The notes beneath the pieces are model-generated. The model did not search any database and was not told the DNA's origin. It worked only from the letters and a program-made list of their open reading frames with translations. Source: a virus. From it: a DNA stretch of 64,000 bases. Below, piece after piece: positions 17,537 through 27,099 of the stretch; within the stretch, counting starts at the first letter, position 1, and every line of letters starts with the position of its first letter. Position numbers and translations under genes: made by a program. The stretch lies in the IMG/VR virus record IMGVR_UViG_3300045988_139610; one strand, written 5' to 3'.

Positions 17537-17707
17537 TTATCTATCGCTTAATTGAGTAACAGATACATTTTCGATAACTCTTTCGTCTTTAGTTTCTAGT
17601 ATATATTTAAAGTTAACCAAGTCGTATGTTACCCCTGTAACTCTACATTTTATTTTCTTAGTTCCTTTCTTTGGTCGGTAATAAATCCAATCATTAATAT
17701 TAAACAT
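17537..17707 (-). CDS. small hypothetical protein (56 aa)
   Basis: hand-translated MFNINDWIYYRPKKGTKKIKCRV…; SD AAGGGGG; stop lies inside the 15-mer. Confidence 0.5.
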   Translation of the reverse strand: MFNINDWIYYRPKKGTKKIKCRVTGVTYDLVNFKYILETKDERVIENVSVTQLSDR

Positions 17708-17731
17708 AATATTTACCCCCTTATACTTATA

Positions 17732-17759
17732 ATTATAATACTTTTATTTATATTGTCAA
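17732..17759 (-). promoter_or_regulatory. sigma-A-type promoter (TTGACA-16-TATAAT)
   Basis: minus strand TTGACAATATAAATAAAAGTATTATAAT, 15-mer immediately upstream. Confidence 0.6.
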
Positions 17760-17792
17760 TGCTTTATTAATTATTTTTACTTCAATGTCTTA

Positions 17793-18524
17793 TTAATAAT
17801 TTATTGCATTTTCTTTATTCACAAAGAAATGTATTCCAGTACTGCATTCATTCCATCTATTATTATCAAAATTATCCACACTTACTATTTCTCCAACTTT
17901 GTATATGAAATTGCTGTCATAACTACTTCTTATTTCTTTTACTTTATCTCCCGTTTCAATGTTTTCTATATCTAATACTTTAGCTTTATCACATCTACAT
18001 TTTGCAGTAGTCGCACTACTTCTTTTAGAATCTTCTAATATCAATAACTTAACTATACATCCATTAGCTTTCTTATATCCTATAAAACTACCAGTTTCTG
18101 GACAAGCTAAATTATAACCAATAGTATGAATATTTGTTTTTATATCTTTTAAATTAGCACTACTTAAATCAGCACATCTCAAATTAGTATCTTTTAAATT
18201 AGAATAGCTTAAATTAGAATAGCTTAAATCTGCATTACTTAAATTAGTATATCTTAAATCAGCATATCTTAAATCTGCACATCTTAAATTGACACATCTT
18301 AAATCAGTATATCTTAAATTAGTATATCTTAAATCTGCATATTTTAAATTAACACATCTTAAATTAGTATTACTTAAATTAGCATTTTTTAAATTAGCGT
18401 TTTTTAAATTAGCACCACTTAAATCAACATTACTTAAATTAGCACGTTTTCCTCCTTCTCTTTTTAACCACAATTCATGTTCCTTTAATATTTTATTTAA
18501 TTCTTCTTGATTTATATTTTTCAT
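17793..18524 (-). CDS. pentapeptide-repeat protein with C-terminal GIHFF domain
   Basis: about 20 consecutive A(D/N)LxX pentapeptides (ANLKNANLSNTNLRCVNLKYADLRYTNL…). Confidence 0.85.
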   Translation of the reverse strand: MKNINQEELNKILKEHELWLKREGGKRANLSNVDLSGANLKNANLKNANLSNTNLRCVNLKYADLRYTNLRYTDLRCVNLRCADLRYADLRYTNLSNADLSYSNLSYSNLKDTNLRCADLSSANLKDIKTNIHTIGYNLACPETGSFIGYKKANGCIVKLLILEDSKRSSATTAKCRCDKAKVLDIENIETGDKVKEIRSSYDSNFIYKVGEIVSVDNFDNNRWNECSTGIHFFVNKENAINY

Positions 18525-18540
18525 ATTTATTTCTCCTTTA

Positions 18541-19113
18541 TTAATTATTTTTAATTTCTTTTATTATATCTTTAATTAAATTGATTTTTCTATTAATTGT
18601 CACACTACTTACATTTAATTTTTTAGATATATTTTTTTGCTTGTATCCATCCATTAACATATCCATAATTATATGTAATTCTTCTGCATTAATCTTATTA
18701 AATTTATTAATATTTCTTTTTTTTATTATACTATCAAATTCATTCATTAATTCTATATATTCGATATTTTGATATTCTAAATCTATTTTTCCTATAGTAT
18801 CTAATAGAGTAGTCTGTTCTTTATCATCGTCAGATATATTAACATCCATAGATATAAGCATATCTTTGTCTCTATAATAAGTGTTTCTTAAATAGACATT
18901 GTATGAATTGTATATAATTGCACAAATAAATTTTTTAATATCCCCTTTAGACTCATCAAATTTATTTCTAGATTCCCAAAGTTGTAGTAACGAATATTGA
19001 ATCATATCTTCTTTAATTTTGAAAAATCCATTATAATTTTTATTATATATCTTACCAGCTAATTCTAAAGATAAATTTACATATTCTGTATCACTTATCA
19101 TTGTTTTACTCAT
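18541..19113 (-). CDS. sigma-70-family (ECF-like) sigma factor
   Basis: C-terminal region-4 HTH GYKQKNISKKLNVSSVTINRKINLIKDII; paralog of 19194..19784; start set to the ATG after AGGGGG. Confidence 0.65.
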   Translation of the reverse strand: MSKTMISDTEYVNLSLELAGKIYNKNYNGFFKIKEDMIQYSLLQLWESRNKFDESKGDIKKFICAIIYNSYNVYLRNTYYRDKDMLISMDVNISDDDKEQTTLLDTIGKIDLEYQNIEYIELMNEFDSIIKKRNINKFNKINAEELHIIMDMLMDGYKQKNISKKLNVSSVTINRKINLIKDIIKEIKNN

Positions 19114-19193
19114 CACTTTACCCCCTATAGTTTATTAATTATTTTTATCTATACATAGATTGTATGATATTGTAATGATATTTGCCACCTCCT

Positions 19194-19784
19194 TTATTCA
19201 TTATTTTTTATTTCTGTAATTATATCTTTTATTCTATTGACTTTCTTATTAACATTCGTACTGCTTACTCCTAACATTTTGCTGATTTCGCATTTATTAT
19301 AGCCTTCATATAGTTTATTAATTATAAAATGTAACTCATCCAAATCTATTTTTCTACTTGTATGTTTATTTCTCTCTTCAACTATATTATTAAATTTATT
19401 TATAAACTCTTGTTTTTCAATATTTTTATAGTTGATATCTTCTTTAAGAAAATGACTAATTAATTTATTATATTCCTTTCTACAATCCAGTAATGTATCA
19501 TTCATTGTATATATTCCTTCAGCAGAAATAACTTTACCTTTATTTTTATATACAAAGTCTCTCACATATTTTGTCATGCTCTTCCATGCAATAGCATTAA
19601 GATAAGTATTTAATGAAACATTTTTGCTTTCATCATATCTTTTTATGGCACTACACATTTGCATATAAGCATATGATTGCATATCGTCTTTAAATAGAGA
19701 GAATGTTTTAAATCGTTTATTCCATATTCCCTTTGTTATTTTTATCATCAATCTTCCTTGTTCTTCTGAAATTTTTTCTTTCAT
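19194..19784 (-). CDS. sigma-70-family (ECF-like) sigma factor
   Basis: GYNKCEISKMLGVSSTNVNKKVNRIKDII region-4-like HTH; same architecture as 18541..19113. Confidence 0.65.
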   Translation of the reverse strand: MKEKISEEQGRLMIKITKGIWNKRFKTFSLFKDDMQSYAYMQMCSAIKRYDESKNVSLNTYLNAIAWKSMTKYVRDFVYKNKGKVISAEGIYTMNDTLLDCRKEYNKLISHFLKEDINYKNIEKQEFINKFNNIVEERNKHTSRKIDLDELHFIINKLYEGYNKCEISKMLGVSSTNVNKKVNRIKDIITEIKNNE

Positions 19785-19874
19785 GTTTTCTTCCCCTTGT
19801 TTATCTTATACTATATATCATATGAACTTACTTGCCAAAAGTCAATACCTTTGACAAGATTTTATTAATTATTT

Positions 19875-20486
19875 TTAATTATCTTCTTCCCTACACCATT
19901 TTCTAAATACAATATGATATTCATCTTCCCACAAATCTAAAACAAATCCTTTATTTACATCAGTTACATCGACAAGACTTTCGTTACAACAATACATCCA
20001 ATCTTTTATATCTTTTTTATCAACTAAATTTACGTCAAAATAATATTCCTTATTTTTATTAAATATAAGCTCTTTTGAATGATTATTTATAGGTTTATCT
20101 TCTAAATTATCTAATAATGAAAATCCTGCATCTGTCCAATGGTCATTTTTATCTATACCAAAAAATATTTTTCCTTCAAATTCTTTAGGTTTACTGCCTT
20201 TTAGACTTGATTTTGTTTGTATTGTTCCTATAACATCATTTATAATGTCATTCCCATATACATTTTCTGTTTCTGTGGATTTAACATCTACTTCTATTTT
20301 ATTGCAACTATAAGGAAATACAACGTATTCCTCACCTTCTACTTTAACAATGCCTATATATTCAGTTTCTGGCTCTACAATTAATCCATCACATACACTT
20401 GTCCAAGTAAATTTCTCACCATTATAAAGATAATACTTATTTTCACTAAAGACATATAATGCTTTTAAATCAAATTTATCTAACAT
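19875..20486 (-). CDS. hypothetical protein
   Basis: 203-aa ORF with SD AAGGAGGAG; N- and C-terminal motifs shared with 22196..22540. Confidence 0.7.
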   Translation of the reverse strand: MLDKFDLKALYVFSENKYYLYNGEKFTWTSVCDGLIVEPETEYIGIVKVEGEEYVVFPYSCNKIEVDVKSTETENVYGNDIINDVIGTIQTKSSLKGSKPKEFEGKIFFGIDKNDHWTDAGFSLLDNLEDKPINNHSKELIFNKNKEYYFDVNLVDKKDIKDWMYCCNESLVDVTDVNKGFVLDLWEDEYHIVFRKWCREEDN

Positions 20487-20540
20487 ATTTTCTCCTCCTT
20501 ATATTCGATTTTAAGACTTTCCACGTTGATACTTAACTAA

Positions 20541-20804
20541 TTAATCCTCGTATTTCCAATTGTCGCTTAAAAACTTTACTGATTCGTCACAACATAATTC
20601 AGCCTTAATCATATTCCAGCTTAATAAATTACATTCACTTAAATACATCATATTATTTGTATAATTATTTATTTGTTCCTCACTCATTCCTAATGTTTTT
20701 ATAATATATTTTTTTGAATACCATACTTCACCGTGATTAGATACATCTTCTGTTACATAATCTATTAAATTTAATATCTGTTTTAAACTTAATATTTCAT
20801 TCAT
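20541..20804 (-). CDS. hypothetical protein
   Basis: 87-aa ORF with SD AAAGGAGG. Confidence 0.65.
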   Translation of the reverse strand: MNEILSLKQILNLIDYVTEDVSNHGEVWYSKKYIIKTLGMSEEQINNYTNNMMYLSECNLLSWNMIKAELCCDESVKFLSDNWKYED

Positions 20805-20821
20805 ATTAAAACCTCCTTTTA

Positions 20822-21250
20822 TTAATTATTTTCTTCTACTTCTTTTGTTATACCTAAATAACTTCCTCCAATGCTTTCCACCCATGTTATAAATTCTTCA
20901 ATAAATCTTTCTTCGTCCATTTCAGATATAACAATTCCGTTTATTTCCACGCTGTGAGGTTTTCTTTCTTTGACAAAATCTTTCCAATCAATAATAGGTA
21001 AATGACTATAATTTTTCTTATAAAAATTAACGGTTCCATAAACTAAAGTTTTATGTTCTTCTTTATATTGATATCGTAAACAAGAGTTATATCCATATTC
21101 ATTATACATTGTGTATAATAATGAAAATAGATTTTCTTCTTCTGGTAAACAAACTTTACTTTGTTCATAAAAATCTCTTACATCATTAATTTCTTCAAAA
21201 TGGATTATTAATTCCCCATCTTTAAATTTTTTCCAATTTGCTTTGTTCAT
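20822..21250 (-). CDS. hypothetical protein
   Basis: 142-aa ORF with SD AGGGAGG. Confidence 0.7.
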   Translation of the reverse strand: MNKANWKKFKDGELIIHFEEINDVRDFYEQSKVCLPEEENLFSLLYTMYNEYGYNSCLRYQYKEEHKTLVYGTVNFYKKNYSHLPIIDWKDFVKERKPHSVEINGIVISEMDEERFIEEFITWVESIGGSYLGITKEVEENN

Positions 21251-21274
21251 AATATCTACCTCCCTATACTTATA

Positions 21275-21303
21275 ATTATATAACCTTCAATATCATTTGT
21301 CAA
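21275..21303 (-). promoter_or_regulatory. sigma-A-type promoter (TTGACA-17-TATAAT)
   Basis: minus strand TTGACAAATGATATTGAAGGTTATATAAT, 15-mer upstream. Confidence 0.65.
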
Positions 21304-21315
21304 TAAGTTTATTAA

Positions 21316-21900
21316 TTATTTTAGCTTTAAATTATGTAATTTTTTAATTTTTTCTTTTTTCTCACCATTGCTTTCAGTATAATACTTTTCATTATATCGT
21401 TTAATACTTGCCTCATCTTTTATAGGTTTTTCTTTTTGTATATAATTACTTAAAGCATCCAATATCGTATTGTAAGCTTTATCAAATCCGTATAATTTAC
21501 GATTTTCATTTTCTGTAATTCTACGCTTAGTTAATTGATTTTTCATATTATTTAAAAATTCTAATTGTTTTGTTTCTTCTAATTCTCCTAAGTCTAATTC
21601 TTCAAGTTGATGATATAATTTATTTTTAACATTACCATAATTATGTTCTTCTCTTGTTACTTCTACTTGGTATTTACCAAGCTCTATTAAGTCATCTATA
21701 AGATTATTATATAACTTTTCAAAAGACTTTTTACCTGTATGTTTTACGAATTGCACTTTATCATCTTTATAAACTGTTATTTCAGCAGGTATATTTGAAT
21801 ATTCTTGTTTAATTTCATTATATTTTTCCATACACTCTTTATAACTATCTGCTTTCAAAGAGAAACTGCCATATTTTAATCCAATTTTTATTTTATACAT
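21316..21900 (-). CDS. hypothetical protein
   Basis: 194-aa ORF with SD AAGGGGGAA. Confidence 0.7.
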   Translation of the reverse strand: MYKIKIGLKYGSFSLKADSYKECMEKYNEIKQEYSNIPAEITVYKDDKVQFVKHTGKKSFEKLYNNLIDDLIELGKYQVEVTREEHNYGNVKNKLYHQLEELDLGELEETKQLEFLNNMKNQLTKRRITENENRKLYGFDKAYNTILDALSNYIQKEKPIKDEASIKRYNEKYYTESNGEKKEKIKKLHNLKLK

Positions 21901-21937
21901 CTTCTTTCCCCCTTATACATTATTTTATTAATTATTT

Positions 21938-22156
21938 TTATACTTCTAAATCAAATCCCCTTAAATGATTATAATAACTTTCTCTTTTATCTGCTCTGTC
22001 TAACACATCCACTCTACATTGAAGAAAATCTATAACCTTTTCTAAAAAATCATCATCAAAATCTTGATTAATTTCTTTACAATATATAGCGTCTTCTTCT
22101 ACGCTATTTGCTACTATTTCGTACGCTTCTTTAACATTCATAGTACCTAATCTCAT
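21938..22156 (-). CDS. hypothetical protein
   Basis: 72-aa ORF with SD AAGGGGGAA. Confidence 0.6.
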   Translation of the reverse strand: MRLGTMNVKEAYEIVANSVEEDAIYCKEINQDFDDDFLEKVIDFLQCRVDVLDRADKRESYYNHLRGFDLEV

Positions 22157-22195
22157 ATTAATTTCCCCCTTTTATTTTATCTTTTGTATATTATA

Positions 22196-22540
22196 TTATA
22201 CTTCTTTGCACCAATTCACAAATACTATGTAGGCTTCACCTTTATCATTGAAACAATAACCATTTTTTTTATTTTCAACTTTAACAGGTTTACCATCTAT
22301 TTCTATTTGCCATCCACTCAACTCTCCTAGATGTTTTGATATTAATCTCTTATCAAATACATATTGTTTTCCTACTTCAAACTCTTCTACTTTGTTTCCT
22401 AAGCACATACATTGACTAGGTAAAATTATTTTTTCTTCACCGTTTTCTGGTATAATCCCAGTAAATTCATCCACAAGTGTTACAAGCTCTCCTTTGTATA
22501 TATAATTTTTGCTTGAATCAAATAAATCAACTTTCTTCAT
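22196..22540 (-). CDS. hypothetical protein (paralog of 19875..20486 termini)
   Basis: start moved to the ATG after AAAGGAG; the C-terminal …YIVFVNWCKEV matches …YHIVFRKWCREE. Confidence 0.65.
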   Translation of the reverse strand: MKKVDLFDSSKNYIYKGELVTLVDEFTGIIPENGEEKIILPSQCMCLGNKVEEFEVGKQYVFDKRLISKHLGELSGWQIEIDGKPVKVENKKNGYCFNDKGEAYIVFVNWCKEV

Positions 22541-22576
22541 ATTTACCAACTCCTTTTTATTTATTATTATGTATTA

Positions 22577-22606
22577 AGTATATCATAACCAAATTATCTT
22601 TGTCAA
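22577..22606 (-). promoter_or_regulatory. sigma-A-type promoter (TTGACA-18-TATACT)
   Basis: minus strand TTGACAAAGATAATTTGGTTATGATATACT. Confidence 0.5.
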
Positions 22607-22632
22607 TACTTTTTATTAATTATTTATAAAGT

Positions 22633-23409
22633 TTAATCATCTATTTCTACTTCATATTCATACATTGCATCATATAGCTTTTGTGGTATATGCTCTTTGT
22701 AATAATCTGCTACTTCTTTAATGTTACGTTCTTTATAATATTTATATACTTCAAATCCTTTTTCCTGTGTATCATATAATCCCAGGTATTTTAGTTTAGA
22801 TTTACCAGTGCTAGGGTTAAGTAATCTACAATGCACTATATATTTACCATTTACAGGAGTTGTACCTATAACTGATTCACCTCTTATATTATCGTTTTTG
22901 ATAAATAACTTGTTTATTGTTTGTGGTACATAAATACAAGTCTCTGGTGAATATATTTTGTTATGTTTAACTAAAATATCTTTATCAAGACACATTTGTT
23001 GCCCTTCTATTTGATAAAAATTATCTTTATTCCACATTCCGAAATTTTGAAAATTATGAAATTCTTCTGAAACGGTACAATTGATATAAGTAGGGTGTTT
23101 TTCATGGTATTTTCTATCATAACATCTTTGCATCATATTGTGCCAAACATTATAGATTCTAGTATTTTTACCATTTTCTCTTGCTTTATATTCCCCTTCT
23201 CCCAGATAACCAACTCCATATACGTTTCTCTCATAAGGGCAACTAATTTTACCATTTTTAAAATGGTCATATGTTACCCCTTTAGCAATCCAATCATACT
23301 CTGGAAAATATACATCAATATTCATACATCCATTATAGTCTACAATTACCATTTTGCTACCAAAATTATTTGTTCCCTCTTCTCTTGTTCTATTAATTTT
23401 AGTCGCCAT
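22633..23409 (-). CDS. AP2-domain / homing-endonuclease-like DNA-binding protein
   Basis: YxxWxxMxxRCYD… block and C-terminal GKY…YLGLYDTQEKGFEVY AP2-like motif; paralog of 46689..47465. Confidence 0.55.
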   Translation of the reverse strand: MATKINRTREEGTNNFGSKMVIVDYNGCMNIDVYFPEYDWIAKGVTYDHFKNGKISCPYERNVYGVGYLGEGEYKARENGKNTRIYNVWHNMMQRCYDRKYHEKHPTYINCTVSEEFHNFQNFGMWNKDNFYQIEGQQMCLDKDILVKHNKIYSPETCIYVPQTINKLFIKNDNIRGESVIGTTPVNGKYIVHCRLLNPSTGKSKLKYLGLYDTQEKGFEVYKYYKERNIKEVADYYKEHIPQKLYDAMYEYEVEIDD

Positions 23410-23430
23410 AATATATCATCCCCTTATTAA

Positions 23431-23742
23431 TTATTTATAAATTTTATAATATGTAAGAAGGTCGTACATTCCCTTTGTTCCTCTTATAATAAACCACTTT
23501 TTAAATTGCTTCTTACTTATATGAGTATATATCTTTACACATTCTGAATCTGGTACATCCTCAAATATAACATTATTGAATAAGAAGTTTTTAAATGTTT
23601 CATAATCTGATTGATTATAAAGTGTATCTATTATCTTGCAATTTCTTTGTTGTTGAATTTTTATATTTCTAATTCTTTCTTTATTTTTTTCAATTATATT
23701 CCCACCTGCACAATTAATAGGTTCTATTATCATATTTATCAT
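23431..23742 (-). CDS. hypothetical protein
   Basis: 103-aa ORF with SD AAGGGGGA. Confidence 0.65.
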   Translation of the reverse strand: MINMIIEPINCAGGNIIEKNKERIRNIKIQQQRNCKIIDTLYNQSDYETFKNFLFNNVIFEDVPDSECVKIYTHISKKQFKKWFIIRGTKGMYDLLTYYKIYK

Positions 23743-23809
23743 TCATCCCCCTTGTTTTTATTTTATATATATATTATATGATGTTTATTATAATTTATCA
23801 ACTGTTTTA

Positions 23810-23899
23810 TTAATTATTTTTATAATTAATTATGAATAATAAAAAGCCCATTGCCCCACCAACTAAACTTATAAACATAAATGCTAATACATATTTCAT
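23810..23899 (-). CDS. possible 29-aa membrane peptide
   Basis: hand-translated MKYVLAFMFISLVGGAMGFLLFIINYKNN; SD AAAGGGGTGA; stop inside the 15-mer. Confidence 0.35.
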   Translation of the reverse strand: MKYVLAFMFISLVGGAMGFLLFIINYKNN

Positions 23900-23920
23900 A
23901 TTTATCACCCCTTTTATATA

Positions 23921-23949
23921 ATAATAGTACATTTGGATATATTTGTCAA
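23921..23949 (-). promoter_or_regulatory. sigma-A-type promoter (TTGACA-17-TATTAT)
   Basis: minus strand TTGACAAATATATCCAAATGTACTATTAT. Confidence 0.5.
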
Positions 23950-23960
23950 TAAGAATGAGC

Positions 23961-23988
23961 AAAAAAATAGACTAGATAATTCTAGTCT
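23961..23988 (-). terminator. rho-independent terminator
   Basis: minus strand AGACTAGAATTATCTAGTCT followed by ATTTTTTTG, just after the stop of 24015..24755. Confidence 0.7.
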
Positions 23989-24014
23989 TTATATTATTAT
24001 TAATTATTTTTAGA

Positions 24015-24755
24015 TTATGCCAATTTCTTTAAATCCTCTTCTTCAAATTCTATTTCTAATAATTTACTTATCTCATACACACCTTTAGGTGAAAATTTTA
24101 ATTGTGAATAATTATGTTCATTATTACTTCCTACAATAAGTTTATACCATGATTTATCTACATCACTATAAGGTAACCAACTCGTTCCCTTTTTATATAT
24201 TATTTTATTTTCATTTAATATCTTGTTTAATTTTTGTGCTGATGACAATTTAAATAATTTAGCTACTTGCGTACTCGAATAACAACCATTTGAATTAAGA
24301 AAATCGTCAAACCAACTTGCCTTCTCGTCTCTTTGTTTTGACAGTTCGGCTCTTCGTCTTTCAATTTCAATTCTTTCTTCTTTAGTTAAATTTGGGTCTA
24401 ATGATTTCAATATCAATCTATCTAATTCAGAAACCTGCTCTTCTAGCGTATTTATATATTCAATCATTTTGGCTCTAACATAAACCGATTCACTAGCACA
24501 CATTTGCAATATACCATCTTTATTCATTTCATATGTAGGATATTCTTTACCTCTAGTATTTATATAAGTTGACTCCTTAAAATTTAGGAGTGAATCTTTT
24601 AACTTTAATTCTTGCAGAATATTAACTTCTTTTCTTATTTTAGTTAAGAAGTTATCTTCTCTCAACTCTTTTCTATTACCTTCCATTTTTCTTAATTCAT
24701 TAATTTTAGCACATAATTCTACGTGATTCATTTTACATTCTTTTAATTCTAACAT
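24015..24755 (-). CDS. antirepressor (KilAC/ANT-like C-terminal domain)
   Basis: C-terminal …YSSTQVAKLFKLSSAQKLNKILNENKIIYKKGTSWLPY… resembles the KilAC domain; coiled-coil middle. Confidence 0.55.
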   Translation of the reverse strand: MLELKECKMNHVELCAKINELRKMEGNRKELREDNFLTKIRKEVNILQELKLKDSLLNFKESTYINTRGKEYPTYEMNKDGILQMCASESVYVRAKMIEYINTLEEQVSELDRLILKSLDPNLTKEERIEIERRRAELSKQRDEKASWFDDFLNSNGCYSSTQVAKLFKLSSAQKLNKILNENKIIYKKGTSWLPYSDVDKSWYKLIVGSNNEHNYSQLKFSPKGVYEISKLLEIEFEEEDLKKLA

Positions 24756-24850
24756 ATTATCATTCTCCTTTTTATTTATTATTTTTATTGATATTTCATT
24801 AACTTTATTAATTATTTTTTATCAACACTCAATTTACATCAACTCCTTTC

Positions 24851-24893
24851 TTATATTACTATATTAACAATTAGTATTGAAAAATTACCTATA
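24851..24893 (-). promoter_or_regulatory. class-2 promoter-like two-box motif, copy d
   Basis: minus strand TTATAGGTAATTTTTCAATACTAATTGTTAATATAGTAATATAAGAAAGGAG. Confidence 0.5.
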
Positions 24894-24928
24894 AAAACAA
24901 AAAAAGAAACCAGAGATTTTCTAGTTTC
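24893..24928 (-). terminator. rho-independent terminator overlapping the stop of 24921..25793
   Basis: minus strand GAAACTAGAAAATCTCTGGTTTC (one G.U pair) followed by TTTTTTTGTTTTT. Confidence 0.65.
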
Positions 24929-25793
24929 TTGAAGAGTTCATACCATAATATAAACGATGATACTTTAAGCTTAGTTCGTTAGCGTTCATATTGTATCCAT
25001 TTATATCAAGATAACTCTTTGTATTTTGTATAGTCCATACAATATTATCTAATACTTGTAATACAAACATGTCATACATGATGCCTGATTGGTATATTCC
25101 TGTAGCTGTTAATGTAACATTTAATCCTCCATGTTGTAATTCTTTTGTTAAAACAGTCAATTTTCCACTCAAATTGCTACGTTTCATTGGTTCTAAACCA
25201 TTGTTAGTATATCTATTACATAATGTCTTGAATAAATACTCACTGCTCATGTTCAAGTCATAATACATAACATTTCGACTTCTTGTTGTATTAACATATA
25301 CTTCTTGTTCTATCGTGTCTTTAACTAACTCTTTCATTATATCGTCGCATAGTATTTTATTTCCATTTACATTAATATAACTGTAGTCTTCAGCTACGTC
25401 AGAAACCTTAATCTCTAATAGGTCTTTAAATCCTTTACCTAATACTTTATTAAATATCATGTATATTAATAATTTATCTTGTGCATTTATAAGTGAATTA
25501 ATTACATCTAATATTTGAGTTTTTGTGAAGTATTTAGATTCGTCAAAATATAAACATTTTTGCATTAATTCATCTTCTTTTAAATCGTATTTAATTCCCT
25601 TTGTATCTAATACTTCTTTTAAAATTCTAAATCCATCGTAGAAACTACTTCTATTAATTGTCTTTAGATTTTTTATAGCGAAATCTTTTATCACTTCTTC
25701 ATTTATATTTTTTTCACCTATTTCATTAATTAAATCGTTCACCTTATTTTCCATTCTATTCATTTTAATTTGTTTATCACACATCTTAGTCAT
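24921..25793 (-). CDS. hypothetical protein
   Basis: 290-aa ORF with SD AAGGAAGGAG; no motif I can name. Confidence 0.7.
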   Translation of the reverse strand: MTKMCDKQIKMNRMENKVNDLINEIGEKNINEEVIKDFAIKNLKTINRSSFYDGFRILKEVLDTKGIKYDLKEDELMQKCLYFDESKYFTKTQILDVINSLINAQDKLLIYMIFNKVLGKGFKDLLEIKVSDVAEDYSYINVNGNKILCDDIMKELVKDTIEQEVYVNTTRSRNVMYYDLNMSSEYLFKTLCNRYTNNGLEPMKRSNLSGKLTVLTKELQHGGLNVTLTATGIYQSGIMYDMFVLQVLDNIVWTIQNTKSYLDINGYNMNANELSLKYHRLYYGMNSSRN

Positions 25794-25935
25794 TTTAACT
25801 CCTTCCTTAGTTGTCTTGCTTAGTATATCATAAAATATATTTTAAGACAACTAACTTTATTAATTTTCTTTATATATTATACACAGATTGGAGTTTAAAT
25901 ATACCAACTTTTATTAATTATTTTTTAAAATAAGC

Positions 25936-25963
25936 AAAAAAAATAAGAGGTATAAAACCTCTT
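25936..25963 (-). terminator. rho-independent terminator
   Basis: minus strand AAGAGGTTTTATACCTCTT followed by ATTTTTTTTG. Confidence 0.7.
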
Positions 25964-25974
25964 GAAAGCAATAG

Positions 25975-26775
25975 TTATTTAATTCTGTTTTCAATTCCCT
26001 TCTCTCTTATTTGTAATTCTTCTTTATTAATTATTTTCAATATATTAAGGATGTCTTTGTTTTTATTTACTTGTTCTGCAAATTCACTAAAGAATATTAT
26101 ATTATTGTTTACTCCAATTCTGGCTACACCTAAATCAGCACATTTGTTAACAAAATTATCATTAGGTCTAAATCTTCTATTTTTGTTTATTATTGTATAA
26201 TCTCCTAAATTCAAATATTCATCTAGGTATCTAAATAATGTACTTGGCAACAAATTATCTATATTTATCTTTTTAACTATCTGAGTGACTCCATAAGCCT
26301 TTCTACGTCTTTCATAATGTAATCTATCCTTTAATTTATTAAGTTTATTTTGAAGTGAATCTAATTGTTCTTTAGATATATTGTTATCTATATAAAATCC
26401 ATTTCTTCTTATTTCATCTAAAAGATATATCATTTCTATTTTATATTCTGCACCAAGTCTACTGTTCATGATTATATAATTTATCATTGTAAAGTTTCCG
26501 AATATTTCACCTGCATTATTAACTTTGTCAAAGTTTCGGATTACATTTAATTTTACCTCTGAATTTGTTACCAATTTCGTGTTTTGTTCTAAGAAATTCG
26601 GAGTACATTTAGAATGTACGCTAAAATCCTCAAGTTTCTTTCTTGTGTTTGATAAAGTTTGTCTACTTAATGGTAAATCATTCATTGCATACCATGTTTC
26701 ATCACCTATTTTTATTGCTCTCAAATTATATTTTTCTATTAATTCATCAAATAAATTTTGTACTTTATTGCTCAT
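25975..26775 (-). CDS. hypothetical protein (possible DNA-binding/antirepressor-like)
   Basis: 266-aa ORF with SD AAGGGGTGA; sits in the antirepressor cluster; no firm motif. Confidence 0.65.
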   Translation of the reverse strand: MSNKVQNLFDELIEKYNLRAIKIGDETWYAMNDLPLSRQTLSNTRKKLEDFSVHSKCTPNFLEQNTKLVTNSEVKLNVIRNFDKVNNAGEIFGNFTMINYIIMNSRLGAEYKIEMIYLLDEIRRNGFYIDNNISKEQLDSLQNKLNKLKDRLHYERRRKAYGVTQIVKKINIDNLLPSTLFRYLDEYLNLGDYTIINKNRRFRPNDNFVNKCADLGVARIGVNNNIIFFSEFAEQVNKNKDILNILKIINKEELQIREKGIENRIK

Positions 26776-26793
26776 AATATCACCCCTTCTTTA

Positions 26794-27051
26794 TTAATTA
26801 TTTTTATCTATATAATTGAATACTAGAAAATCATTATCCTTTTTATTATACAGTAATTGTAGATGATGCCAGGTAAGTTGAGTGTTATAATATAAATCTT
26901 GAAAAGCCAATACTATCAATTCTTCATTATTTGGAATGTTCAGTATTTCAGAAAACTCTTCTAGAGTATAATTAACAATCAGAGTATCTTCCAATCTTTT
27001 TCTACTGTGTTCTATAAAGTCATTGACTTGTTTTTGTTTTAATATATACAT
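26794..27051 (-). CDS. hypothetical protein
   Basis: 85-aa ORF with SD AAAGGAGGAG. Confidence 0.65.
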   Translation of the reverse strand: MYILKQKQVNDFIEHSRKRLEDTLIVNYTLEEFSEILNIPNNEELIVLAFQDLYYNTQLTWHHLQLLYNKKDNDFLVFNYIDKNN

Positions 27052-27070
27052 AATATCTCCTCCTTTATTA

Positions 27071-27099
27071 ATTATATTATAATTTACAAATTAAGTCAA
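27071..27099 (-). promoter_or_regulatory. sigma-A-type promoter (TTGACT-17-TATAAT)
   Basis: minus strand TTGACTTAATTTGTAAATTATAATATAAT, 15-mer upstream. Confidence 0.6.
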
